Part shown: in pieces, positions 7,821 to 17,468 of the stretch
Position numbering within the stretch: the stretch's first letter is position 1
How the letters are laid out: every line of letters begins with the position of its first letter
Origin: an uncultured Acidobacteriota bacterium
GTDB lineage: Bacteria; Acidobacteriota; UBA6911; RPQK01; JAPXNP01
Direction of reading: 5' to 3'
Assembly: GCA_963777605.1 (NCBI GenBank)
Contig: CAVZRV010000010.1
Span: forward strand, 512,001 to 576,000
DNA: 64,000 nucleotides
The notes under the pieces: model-generated
Told to the model about the DNA's origin: nothing
Database searches by the model: none
The model's input: only the letters and a program-made list of their open reading frames with translations
Translations under genes and position numbers: made by a program

Positions 7821-9955
7821 AAATTGAACTTTTCGTGATCGGCCTGGTATCCATTCTCGGCCAGGTCGTGATCCTGCGAGAGCTCAACGTAGCCTTCTTC
7901 GGCATCGAGCTGATTTACATCCTTGCGATCGGGAGTTGGTTGCTTGGAACCACGGCAGGAGCAATCATTTTCGGCCGCAGACTTCGACCTCCCCGAAGCG
8001 GGATCGAGGTAATGCTTCTTGCAGCCGCATTGCTCGTCCCCGCGGAAGTGGTCTTTCTCCGCGGGCACCGGCTCCTCTTCGGGGGAGTTGCCGGGGCTTA
8101 CCTCTCCTACGAACACCAACTCGCCTCGCTGATCCTGGCAACCTGCCCTGTCGGACTCGTGCTTGGTCTCCTCTTTCAGTGGGCAGCCAAGCGATACTGT
8201 GCTGACACGGGCAGCCTGGGCCGAGCCTATGCGATCGAGAGCCTGGGAGGGCTCGTCGGAGGGGTTGTCTCGTTCGGCTCTCTCTCGCTCACAATCCCCA
8301 ACCTCGCAGTGGCGCTGATCTGCGGCCTGGCGGCCGCTGCTCCGTTGGTTTTGTGCCGGAGGAACCGGGTCGTGGTGTTGGCCGGAGGATTGGCGATCTC
8401 CCTGTTTGGCCTGGCTCTCTGGTTCTCACCAACCCTCGACCTGGGCCTGACCGCTCTCAACCACCCCAACCTCGTTTCATCCCTTGACACTCCTTACGGC
8501 CGGATCACGGTTTGTCGGGAAGGTGGCCAGGTGACGGTATTCAAAGACGACGTCTACGTCTACGAAAGCCAGGAAAACTCGGCGGAAGAACTGGTTCACT
8601 TGGCAGCTCTCCAGGTAGCAGAGCCACGCCGGATCCTGGTAATTGGTGGAGGGGTTTTTGGCCTCGTTCGTGAGGCTTCAAGGTACCGGCCGGAGACTCT
8701 CGACTCGTTCGAGATCAATGCGAAGATGGAGCAATTCGTCGGCAAGTTCCTCATGCCGGATCAGAGTTCCGCCAGGGTTACACCGACCTCCCGGCTGGAG
8801 GCCGGGGAACCTCGCCAACTTCTTCGCCAGTCCGGCCGGTACGATCTCATCATTTTGGGAATCCCGGATCCCGACTCGGGGCAGGACAATCGCTTCTTTA
8901 CCCAGGAATTCTTTCAGTTGGTCCGGGAGCACCTCACCCAGGAGGGAGTCCTGGCCTTCCGGCTCGGCACTACCCCAAACGTCTTCACCCAGGCACGGCT
9001 TGCCCGGGACGGAAGCATCGGGCGTGCCCTCGCCGATGTCTTTCCCGATACCATCGCCCTGCCGGCAACCTCAACCATTGTCGTCGCCGGCCTGCGGCCC
9101 CTGAACCGGGACACTACCCTGCTCGAAGCTCGGTGGCAGACACGAAACATCAAAACCCGGCTCGTTTCCGTTCCCTACATCGACTACCTCTTCAACGGAG
9201 ATCGTTTTCCGGCGTTGAACCGTCAACTGTTTGAAACGGACGTAACGCCGAACCGGGACCTGGCGCCGGTTTGTTTTCGTTATTCGACCTGGATTTGGCT
9301 CTCGCGGATTTTCCCCTCCCTGACCAACCGCCTGCCGACCGGGCCCGGGTCTGCGGCATGGACTATTGCCGCAATGTTCTGTCTCGCCGCAGGTTGTCTG
9401 GCCTGGATGCTTGCCCGCAAGTCCCGGAGGCTCCAGGCGATTTTGCTCATGACCCTGGCAGCGGCCGCCGGGATGTTCCTCGAAACCCTCCTTCTCCTCT
9501 ACTACGAGACCCGGCACGGAGTACTCTACCGGGACCTGGGCCTGCTCCTGATGATGTTCATGCTTGGCCTCGCAGCCGGGGCCGCATCCCTCTCCTCCTG
9601 GCTCGGCAACCAGTCTCGGATCGGGAGGCGCTGGGGAGTCGTCCTGTCGGCCGGCTTCCTCTTGCTCTCGCTCACCTACATCCTCTCGCTCAGAATCGCT
9701 TCGGGAGCTTCGCTCGAACTCGTTGCCCTGCAACTCTTTGGAGCAGGCCTGATGGTGGCGGGCGTCTTCATCTACTGCAGCCGGAAAGGTGTCCAGGATG
9801 AGAGAAGTGTCGTGTCGCCGCTGTACGCCGCCGACTTGCTGGGGGGCTTTGCCGCGACCTTGATCGGAAGCCTTTTACTGCTTCCGTTCCTGGGTTTCGT
9901 GCTGTCTGGCTGGGTCGTCTTCGGAGTCGCTCTGGCGACGCTGCTATTCGTCTGA
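7817..9955 (+). CDS. Polytopic membrane protein with a central spermidine-synthase-like (class I SAM-binding) domain
   Basis: About 7 N-terminal TMs, then TPYGRI, EELVH, ILVIGGG, YDLIILGIPDP, NRFFTQEFF, PNRDLAP, then about 6 C-terminal TMs with LYAADLLG. TTGA overlap with amrB. Confidence 0.8.
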   Translation: MKIELFVIGLVSILGQVVILRELNVAFFGIELIYILAIGSWLLGTTAGAIIFGRRLRPPRSGIEVMLLAAALLVPAEVVFLRGHRLLFGGVAGAYLSYEHQLASLILATCPVGLVLGLLFQWAAKRYCADTGSLGRAYAIESLGGLVGGVVSFGSLSLTIPNLAVALICGLAAAAPLVLCRRNRVVVLAGGLAISLFGLALWFSPTLDLGLTALNHPNLVSSLDTPYGRITVCREGGQVTVFKDDVYVYESQENSAEELVHLAALQVAEPRRILVIGGGVFGLVREASRYRPETLDSFEINAKMEQFVGKFLMPDQSSARVTPTSRLEAGEPRQLLRQSGRYDLIILGIPDPDSGQDNRFFTQEFFQLVREHLTQEGVLAFRLGTTPNVFTQARLARDGSIGRALADVFPDTIALPATSTIVVAGLRPLNRDTTLLEARWQTRNIKTRLVSVPYIDYLFNGDRFPALNRQLFETDVTPNRDLAPVCFRYSTWIWLSRIFPSLTNRLPTGPGSAAWTIAAMFCLAAGCLAWMLARKSRRLQAILLMTLAAAAGMFLETLLLLYYETRHGVLYRDLGLLLMMFMLGLAAGAASLSSWLGNQSRIGRRWGVVLSAGFLLLSLTYILSLRIASGASLELVALQLFGAGLMVAGVFIYCSRKGVQDERSVVSPLYAADLLGGFAATLIGSLLLLPFLGFVLSGWVVFGVALATLLFV

Positions 9956-9968
9956 TCGAGTAGGACGA

Positions 9969-10700
9969 TCAGCGCACGCTCACTTGGATCGACTGTCGAT
10001 TTCGGGCTAATTTCTCGTCGATCAAGGCGAGAGTGGCCCGAGCGATTACCGGAATCGGTACCCGCGCCGTATTCCAGATGACGTCGTACAGTTCGGGATC
10101 ATCAATATTCCGACGGAAGTAGGTCTGAGCCAGCCTGGCCCGGTCACGGTCAACCTCCTCCAGTTGCTTTCTGGCACGCGCCCGACCAATTTTGTCCAGA
10201 CCCATCTGCTCGATTCGAAACTCGAGAGGCGCGACGAGTCGAATGTGAACACCGAGAGGGAGCGACGCGGTCACACAGGAACTGGCCCTTCCAACGATGA
10301 TGACTTTTCCCCGGGTTGCCACCGTGCGGATCGCCGCAAACATGGCCGCGATGGCGGCCGGCTGGTCCGACCTGACACCCAGAAGGTTGCGCACGAGCGC
10401 GTCAATTTCCGAATGACACTCCTCGGAAAACACCGAGTCCAGAGATCTCTTCAACTCCCGGTTCTGCGTCAGCTCTTCGCAGAGCCTCCGATCGAAGACC
10501 CTCCAGTCGTGAAACATTTCGGAGGGATGCCCGATCATTGCGTCAGTCAGCGCCGCTGCCAACTCGCGGCCCCCAGCGCCGCATTGACGCGAGATGGTGA
10601 CGAACGGGAACAACCCTCGATGCGCGTCAGGCTGCTGGGCAGCCGTATCCTTGTAACAGGTAACGTCGAGGAAACTCTTGACTTCTCTAAATCTCTTCAT
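9969..10700 (-). CDS. Cytidylate kinase-like family protein
   Basis: VTISRQCGAGG P-loop, VIIVGR, HIRLVAPLEFRI, DRDRA...YF, DPELYDVIWNT. Confidence 0.8.
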   Translation of the reverse strand: MKRFREVKSFLDVTCYKDTAAQQPDAHRGLFPFVTISRQCGAGGRELAAALTDAMIGHPSEMFHDWRVFDRRLCEELTQNRELKRSLDSVFSEECHSEIDALVRNLLGVRSDQPAAIAAMFAAIRTVATRGKVIIVGRASSCVTASLPLGVHIRLVAPLEFRIEQMGLDKIGRARARKQLEEVDRDRARLAQTYFRRNIDDPELYDVIWNTARVPIPVIARATLALIDEKLARNRQSIQVSVR

Positions 10701-10961
10701 GGCGCACTCCCGGCCGGGCCGCCACCAAGAACCAAAGTGGAGCAGAACTGGGGATCTTCTGCATGAGTTGCTCGGATGAGCCGGGCCTTTGCATTGATGA
10801 TAGCTCCCTTTCACGACCGCGGTCAACCACTCCAACTCCTCGTCGTTCTCTCTACTCTTACTGACTTGGCACAAGGTTTCACTACTGGAGGATCCGAAAT
10901 TCTGTTAGCTTATGCGCTAACTCAAAACCAGTGTGATCCCATTCATCGTAGGAGAAGGTGT

Positions 10962-11421
10962 ATGTGGAAGGAATTCAAGAAGTTCGCCGCCAAAGGTAAC
11001 GTCATCGACATGGCCGTGGGCATCATCATTGGGGCTGCGTTCGGCTCCGTAGTCAAGTCCCTGGTCGCCGACGTCATCATGCCTCCAATCGGCCTGCTGC
11101 TGGGTAATGTCGACTTCACGAACATATTCCTCACGCTCAAAGAGGGCGCAACTCCGGGTCCTTACGTCACCCTCGCCGATGCGAGTCGAGGCCGGCGCGG
11201 TCACCGTCAACCTCGGAGTCTTCGTCAACGTGGTCCTGTCGTTCCTGATCGTGGCATTAGCCGTCTTCGTGCTGGTGAAAAACGTCAACCAGCTCAAATC
11301 GCGTTTTGAGGAGGAAAAGGTGGCTGCGGCGCCGACGACCAAGGACTGCCCCCAGTGCTTCACGGCAATCCCGATCAAGGCGACCCGCTGCCCGAATTGC
11401 ACTTCGCAACTTTCTGGTTAG
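10962..11421 (+). CDS. mscL: Large-conductance mechanosensitive channel with C-terminal zinc ribbon; +1 frameshift at about 11184
   Basis: [28 protein letters not shown]; the second frame gives [14 protein letters not shown] and CPQC...[11 protein letters not shown]. Confidence 0.9.
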
Positions 11422-11559
11422 CCTGGGTGGAGTCTGGAACCTTAAAGGCGCACAGCCGGTCCGCGGAGTCATCCTGTCCGGCGGCACCTTACCGTCGCCC
11501 AGGGCTCTTCAGTGCGGCCTGACTGACTGTTGGACCGGCACGGTTTCGGAGGGTGCACA

Positions 11560-11754
11560 ATGACGGAGCTTTTTCTTAAATCGACCACGATCTGGATTGC
11601 ATTCCTCGTCCTGGCCGTCGTCAACGCAGGGCTGCGCGAGAAGGTGCTCGATCCCCTGCTGGGGAGCAGTGGCGCGCTGCTCTTGAGTGGGCTTCTGTTG
11701 GTAACCTTGCTTGCTCCTTACGTGTGCGCAAAGTCGAGAGGCCTGTCTAAGTGA
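11560..11754 (+). pseudogene. Short membrane protein, probably internally deleted
   Basis: MTELFLKSTTIWIAFLVLAVVNAGLREKVL... with a good RBS (GGAGG). Only 64 aa; it resembles the N-terminus of longer 'NGxLRE' membrane hypotheticals, from recall. Confidence 0.4.
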
Positions 11755-11904
11755 CGCCCTCTTCCTCGTCACAGTCGGCGCCGACGATTTCCATCGAGTC
11801 CTCGTCGAGCAGGTAGTGCGGAAACCACCTGGTGATATCATGAGTGGAAAGCATCCCGCACGACAGCAGAAAGGAAATCCGAGGCAATAAGAGGCACGGA
11901 TTCG

Positions 11905-12534
11905 ATGCCAATGAGAACAGCTTTCCTGGGCATACTGGTCGGTCTTGTCACCTGCTCCTATCCGATTCTTCCCGGCTCCCAGTCCCCGACAGGGAAAGGT
12001 CCGCCTGTAGAGGACGAACTCCGGGGAAAGTTCCTGGTTGCCCAACCCCAAGTCAATGATCCCCGGTTTGCGAAATCGATTATCCTCGTCATCGACCACT
12101 CCAGCGGAGGGTCGATGGGGCTCGTTATCAACAAGGTGATGGGAAAGCTCAATTCAGCCGAGATCCTGGAAAATCTCGGGCTGGAGCCGCTGGAACGGGA
12201 GGAGGATCTGACCATCTTCTTCGGGGGGCCGGTGGAGCTGACCCACGGATTCATCCTTCACACCACCGAAACCTCGGTTGAGACCAGTCAAGCGGTAGGC
12301 GAGAACCTGGCCTTTTCAGCTGACGCCGAAACAGTCCGCCTCCTTCTCTCCGGAAAGGGTCCGCTGCGCTACCGGATCGCGTTCGGATATGCGGGCTGGG
12401 CACCGGGACAGCTCGATGCCGAACTCGAGCGGGGAGACTGGCGCATTATGCCCGCTGACCTCGACATCATCTTCACCGAGGATCCCGAGAGCAGCTGGGA
12501 CCTGCTGATGAAAGACCAGGTCTTTCACCTTTAG
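11905..12534 (+). CDS. YqgE/AlgH family protein with an N-terminal signal-like segment
   Basis: GKFLVAQPQVNDPRFAKS, GSMGLVIN, FFGGPV, GYAGWAPGQLDAELERGDW. Confidence 0.88.
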   Translation: MPMRTAFLGILVGLVTCSYPILPGSQSPTGKGPPVEDELRGKFLVAQPQVNDPRFAKSIILVIDHSSGGSMGLVINKVMGKLNSAEILENLGLEPLEREEDLTIFFGGPVELTHGFILHTTETSVETSQAVGENLAFSADAETVRLLLSGKGPLRYRIAFGYAGWAPGQLDAELERGDWRIMPADLDIIFTEDPESSWDLLMKDQVFHL

Positions 12535-12603
12535 CGCCGGACGGCCCGCAATTCGTATTTCCGGGACTTCGCGATGCCGGCAACTTATTCCGAACCGGAC
12601 CGG

Positions 12604-15489
12604 CTACCCGAGGAAGACGGAGAAGTCCACCTGGGTGGAACAGCCGAGGACGTCGGTGGCGGTTACCGTCACAGTCACCGGGCGATCCACTCCCTCCGGG
12701 ACCACGAAGCTCACCAGGGCTTCCCGCTCAGTCGGATCCTCCGTCGAGATCTGGGTCGTGTTCGGCTCAATCTCCAGGTCGTACAGGTCAAACAACCCCC
12801 AACCGATCAGGTCGATTCCCGTCTTGACCGAGTCCAAACCCGACGCCGCCTCCGACTGGTCCCGAAACATCACCCGGACCGTCGCCGTCCGTCCTGCCCC
12901 AACCGTGTACTCGCCCCGCAGCGGGTCCGGCAACACCGAGACCACCTCCGGCCCCTGGTTGCTCCCGCACTGGCTCCGGTTCACCCTCAGCACCCCCGCC
13001 TTCAGCAGCGGTGCCTGCCCTTCAATCGCCGACAGGTAATGCAGCCCCGTGTCCCCGAACAGCGCAAAGGCATACACCGGCTCCGTGCTCCGCACCCGGA
13101 TGTGCCCCCCGACCTGTTCGAACTCCGGCCCCAGCAGTCCCGTCCCGTTCAGCAGGTCCACCAACCGCTGTCCCGGCGCCAACTCGAACTCCACTTCCCC
13201 ACTCTGTTCGCCCGCTTCCGTGAATACCGTCACCGTGATCCGGGCCGCAACCGTCCCGCTGTTCAGCACCGCCAGCCCCGTGAACAGGTTCACCGCTGAC
13301 GACTGCGCCACGTGCAGAAAATCGACTTCCTTCATCCCCTCCGCAATCAGCGGCAGCGATGAGGCGTACTCCGCACCCCGAAACGCGATCGCCCCGACCA
13401 CCTGCCCGCTTTCCGCCAGCCGGATCTCGAAGTAGCCCGTCAGCGTCTCGCTTGACCCCGGATCGCTTCCCAGCACCGTTGCCAGGTCCAGTACCGTCAG
13501 GCTCTCCGCTCCCAGGGTCTCCTGCCGCCGGACCAACTCGGTCCCCGCGTTGTCGTAGACAACTACCTCCACGTCCCGCGCGCTCGACTCCCGGTTCAGC
13601 AGCCGCACCGCCGTCGTCCCGTTCGACGCCACGATGAAGTGAGGTGCCGTCAGCCGGCTCACCGGACGGACGATCTGTGCCGGCAATGCCGAAAAGGTCT
13701 CCGCGTCCGCCACCAACTCGAATCCGCCGACAGCCACGTCCGAATCGACCTCCAGGTATCCCCCGCTCAACTCCGTCACCTCGGGAAACAGGTCCCCGAG
13801 CACCCCCCGGAACGTCCCGTGAGCCTCCAGCTGAACCTGGGTCGATCCCTTTGACTGGCCTGTCCCGTCCCGCAACGTCAGCGTCACTTCGTCGGCCGGA
13901 GTCGAACCGTCGTTGAACAGGTTGACCACGATGCTGCGCTGCGCTCCCAGATCCGCGTTGAGCAGAAAAAGACTCGTCCCGCTCTGCGAGGCGCCGCCGA
14001 TCCCGTCCAGTCGTCTCAGCGCCAAATCTCCGGCCAGGAAGAACCCCTGCACCGGGACGTCCCAACCCCGCGCCCAGATCGCCGCCGTCCCGCTCGACTG
14101 CGTGAACTCGCTGGTCAGAAACGCCGACTGGGCCTGGGCCTCGATCGTCCGCCGCTCGGCGGTTACTTCCGCCCCCGCATCATCCCGCGCGGTCACATCC
14201 GTCCTCGGCTCCGCCACGTCGCTCGGATTGGCCAGCACCGCTCCGATAAAGGTGTCGTCCAGGTAGGCGGACGGCTTCGCTCCAGCCGTCGCCACGCCTG
14301 CCGTTGGATCAAGACTGTACGGGATGAAGACCTGGTTCGGGTCCGGCGAGTCCACGAAGATCGAGACCTCGTCAAACGCCTCGGCTCCCGGCGCATCTCG
14401 CGCCACCAATCGCAGGTCAACCCGGTAGTCCCGGACCCAGTCAGGCGGAACGAACTCGGTGACGGCAACTTCCGGGTCGGCCAGCACGACTTCCGGTGCA
14501 TCCGTGGTCCCGGCGACCTGGATCCAGGTCAGGGCCACCGTGTCCCCGTCCGGGTCCGAAGCCGTCCCGTCGAGCGTCACCACCGCCCCGGCCAGCACCT
14601 GCTGATCGGGCCCGGCCGACACCTCCGGCTTCGCGTTGTAGTTCGGGTCGATCGTTACCTGAACCTGGTCTTTCCCGGTGGTCAAGCCGTCGTGAGCAGT
14701 CAGCCGGAACGTCAAGGTCGTTGCGCCTGTCGCATCCGGAGCCATGAAGCTCGCTTCCAGCTGATCTGCATCAACCAGATCAACGAGGAAATAACCTGAG
14801 GTTTGAGTCCACTTGACCGCGAACGGGTCTCCATCCGCGTCTACGACAGTTCCAGAGAGCAAGACCTCTTCCCCAGGCCGCACGGAAAAATCCTCCCCCG
14901 CATCAACGGTTGGTGCGCGGTTACCTTGACTGACACCGATAAATCCCTCGAAAACATTGTTGCCCTCGTCCCTTTCAGTAACGACGTTGGTACTGTCAAG
15001 TACAATTCGAAAAGGGTGGGCACCGGGATCCAGCGGCCCGATCTCAAAATCGCGTACGGCAACGCTGTAGCGGCGCAACTTGGAAGTGTACGTATACCAG
15101 CTCCCGACCAGAACATCGTCAACGTAGAGGTCCATGTAGACTGGAATTTTCTCGCTCGGCAGGTAAATGCTATACGTCGCGGTCATCGCCCAGTCGAGAT
15201 AGATCGCTTCGTCTGAAAAAAAGCTTGCAGCCATGACGGATGTCTGGGGCTCCTTGGAGAAGACGATCGCTGAGGGCCAGTTCCAAGGCTTGTAGAAAAC
15301 AAGGTCGGGGAGTTCAGTATCCTCCAGGCTTGGAGAACCGGAATCAAGACTCGTATCCAGTGGCAAAGTGCCGGCGGCAACCCGATCAATCGCCCTGGCA
15401 GTAAGGAAGGGCTGTGAACCGACGAAAATCACTGCGAGGGCAAGTAACCACCTTACAACGACGGTCTTTTTGACAGGACTGGACATCAT
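12604..15489 (-). CDS. Large secreted/surface protein with a CARDB-like domain, two PKD/REJ-like repeats and repeated C-terminal beta-sandwich modules
   Basis: Signal peptide; PDLVF...LDSTNVVTERDEGNN; repeats NRAPTVDAGED...DADGDP...WTQ and NAKPEVSAGPDQ...DPDGD...WIQ. Confidence 0.75.
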   Translation of the reverse strand: MMSSPVKKTVVVRWLLALAVIFVGSQPFLTARAIDRVAAGTLPLDTSLDSGSPSLEDTELPDLVFYKPWNWPSAIVFSKEPQTSVMAASFFSDEAIYLDWAMTATYSIYLPSEKIPVYMDLYVDDVLVGSWYTYTSKLRRYSVAVRDFEIGPLDPGAHPFRIVLDSTNVVTERDEGNNVFEGFIGVSQGNRAPTVDAGEDFSVRPGEEVLLSGTVVDADGDPFAVKWTQTSGYFLVDLVDADQLEASFMAPDATGATTLTFRLTAHDGLTTGKDQVQVTIDPNYNAKPEVSAGPDQQVLAGAVVTLDGTASDPDGDTVALTWIQVAGTTDAPEVVLADPEVAVTEFVPPDWVRDYRVDLRLVARDAPGAEAFDEVSIFVDSPDPNQVFIPYSLDPTAGVATAGAKPSAYLDDTFIGAVLANPSDVAEPRTDVTARDDAGAEVTAERRTIEAQAQSAFLTSEFTQSSGTAAIWARGWDVPVQGFFLAGDLALRRLDGIGGASQSGTSLFLLNADLGAQRSIVVNLFNDGSTPADEVTLTLRDGTGQSKGSTQVQLEAHGTFRGVLGDLFPEVTELSGGYLEVDSDVAVGGFELVADAETFSALPAQIVRPVSRLTAPHFIVASNGTTAVRLLNRESSARDVEVVVYDNAGTELVRRQETLGAESLTVLDLATVLGSDPGSSETLTGYFEIRLAESGQVVGAIAFRGAEYASSLPLIAEGMKEVDFLHVAQSSAVNLFTGLAVLNSGTVAARITVTVFTEAGEQSGEVEFELAPGQRLVDLLNGTGLLGPEFEQVGGHIRVRSTEPVYAFALFGDTGLHYLSAIEGQAPLLKAGVLRVNRSQCGSNQGPEVVSVLPDPLRGEYTVGAGRTATVRVMFRDQSEAASGLDSVKTGIDLIGWGLFDLYDLEIEPNTTQISTEDPTEREALVSFVVPEGVDRPVTVTVTATDVLGCSTQVDFSVFLG

Positions 15490-15748
15490 CGCGTCTTCTC
15501 CCAAACAAGCCCGACTGCAACCGATCCGATTGCTTGAAGTCAGACTCCACATCCTGGAACCGAAATCACCAAGTGAATTCGAATTGCAGCGCTGCAACAA
15601 ACATAGGCAGACTATTGCCACTGTAGGAAAAAGGCAACATGGATAATTTTCCACAATGTCAAAACAGGCAACCGGCAACGTTCGAGGAGGCCTCAGGAAG
15701 TGAAAACAGGCTGGTTTCGCGACCGCCGGGCGAGAACGGGACCGCTGA

Positions 15749-16579
15749 TCACTGATCAGAAAGCGCAGTGGAGTTCACGAGGAATGCTTCCGGGTTGCAC
15801 TGGTAGGTGACCGGCTTCCCTTCAGCGTTCACTTCAACGATCCGGTAGCCCCGGTATTGAGTACCCCATGAGCCCCCCAGGTGGCCATCAAAGAAATAGG
15901 GCCTCCGATTGACCCAGATCACGTTGTCCTGATCGTGGTCGTGGCCGTGAAAAACCCCGGCCAGGTTGGGTGTCGCCTCGAACAACGCCTGGATCTCGGG
16001 ACAGGAGATCGCGTTTCGGGTGACCCCGGTCTGGCAAATGTGCAGAAGGGCAAAGACGGCGTCTTTGTCGCGAAACGAGTGGAATTGCTCCCGCATCCAG
16101 GATTCGTCGGCGCAGAGATACTTGCCCGTTCCATCGGTCGTCGTCGCGAGCACGAAACCAAACCGGCCGATTTCGAATGCGTGATTGACCTCGGTACCCC
16201 AAACCGATTTCCACTCTGCCGCAGTCACTTGGTCGTGGTTGCCCTGGACGGTATAGTAGGGGACATTCAATCCGGCATAGGCCTCTTTGACCTTGGGAAG
16301 AAGGGCGGGTTCATTGTGAATCAGGTCACCGTTGAAGACAACGAAATCGAGCCCTTTGCCGGCCTCTTCATCGTTGAGCCACTGAATCATCTCCCGGTGA
16401 AAACGTTCAAAATCGGTATCAGGCTGACCGAAATGACCATCGGAAGTGATCGCGTAGCGGAGTTTTGAGCGCCGTGCCGCTGCTCCACGAACAGAGCGTG
16501 AAGGAAGCCCGACGGCGACCGAAGACCCAACTGCCCATGAAACCGCAGAGAGAAACCTGCGTCGATTGGTTGTAACCAT
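15749..16579 (-). CDS. Tat-exported calcineurin-like metallophosphoesterase
   Basis: NRRRFL leader; SDGH, NGDL, GNHD, HGHDH. Confidence 0.85.
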   Translation of the reverse strand: MVTTNRRRFLSAVSWAVGSSVAVGLPSRSVRGAAARRSKLRYAITSDGHFGQPDTDFERFHREMIQWLNDEEAGKGLDFVVFNGDLIHNEPALLPKVKEAYAGLNVPYYTVQGNHDQVTAAEWKSVWGTEVNHAFEIGRFGFVLATTTDGTGKYLCADESWMREQFHSFRDKDAVFALLHICQTGVTRNAISCPEIQALFEATPNLAGVFHGHDHDQDNVIWVNRRPYFFDGHLGGSWGTQYRGYRIVEVNAEGKPVTYQCNPEAFLVNSTALSDQ

Positions 16580-16728
16580 GAACTTCGTATCCTTGAGTAG
16601 TGGAATCGCACGAAGCCGCCCCACCAGGTTCCCGCCTGGAAGCCTTCAAACAGCGGTCCCGACTCGATCCTTCGGACTTGAGACGTCAGGATAGCACGAC
16701 ATCAAAATACCCTAGCGAAAGAAGATGG

Positions 16729-17418
16729 ATGCAGTCTGAACAAAAACGGGAACTGGTTTACCTCGTACTGGCCGGGTTCTTTGTCACCAATGCGATCCTG
16801 GGAGAACTCATCGGCGGAAAGCTGATTCAGGTCGGTCCGTTTTCCATGAGTGTCGGAGTCATACCTTGGCCGGTGGTTTTCCTGGCCACCGATCTGATCA
16901 ACGAGTACTTCGGAAAGGGCGGAGTGCGGCGGCTGACTTTGATGACCGCTGCCATGATTGCCTACGCATTCATCATTCTGTTTGCTGCAATGGGAGTTCC
17001 CGCCGCCGAGTTCTCGCCGGTCAAGGACGCCCATTTTACGGCTGTCTTCGGCCAGTCGCTCTGGATCATCGGCGCCAGCCTGATCGCATTCATGGCGAGC
17101 CAGCTGGTCGATGTGCTCGTCTTCTGGGTTTTCCGGAGACGAACAGGAGGAAGCAAGCTGTGGCTTCGGGCTACCGGTTCCACGGCGGTCTCCCAGCTCA
17201 TCGACAGCTTCATCATCATCGGAATCGCATTTTGGCTTCCCGGGAAAATCAAGCTCGGAGAGTTCCTGAACGTGGCGACCACCAACTATTCCTACAAACT
17301 GGTAATCGCTATCGCAGTCACTCCCCTGATCTATTGGTCCCATGCCGTCATCGATCACTTCCTTGGACGAGACGTGTCCCATGAAATGATCGAGGAAGCG
17401 GCCCGGGAATCGATGTAA
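16729..17418 (+). CDS. yhhQ: Queuosine precursor transporter (YhhQ/Vut_1)
   Basis: FLATDLINEYFG, ASLIAFMASQLVDV, LWLRATGSTAVSQLIDS. Confidence 0.88.
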   Translation: MQSEQKRELVYLVLAGFFVTNAILGELIGGKLIQVGPFSMSVGVIPWPVVFLATDLINEYFGKGGVRRLTLMTAAMIAYAFIILFAAMGVPAAEFSPVKDAHFTAVFGQSLWIIGASLIAFMASQLVDVLVFWVFRRRTGGSKLWLRATGSTAVSQLIDSFIIIGIAFWLPGKIKLGEFLNVATTNYSYKLVIAIAVTPLIYWSHAVIDHFLGRDVSHEMIEEAARESM

Positions 17419-17468
17419 ACGCTGGGCATTCCCTACAACTTTTCGGCAATGTACTAGAATGTCGGGCC

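Noticed and set aside
10847-10900. Sigma54 promoter (TGGCAC) upstream of mscL
   Set aside because: The -12 element reads TTCA rather than TTGC.
16623-16650. PreQ1 riboswitch upstream of yhhQ (CCAGG-TTCCCG-CCTGG)
   Set aside because: The loop is too short and there is no A-rich 3' tail.
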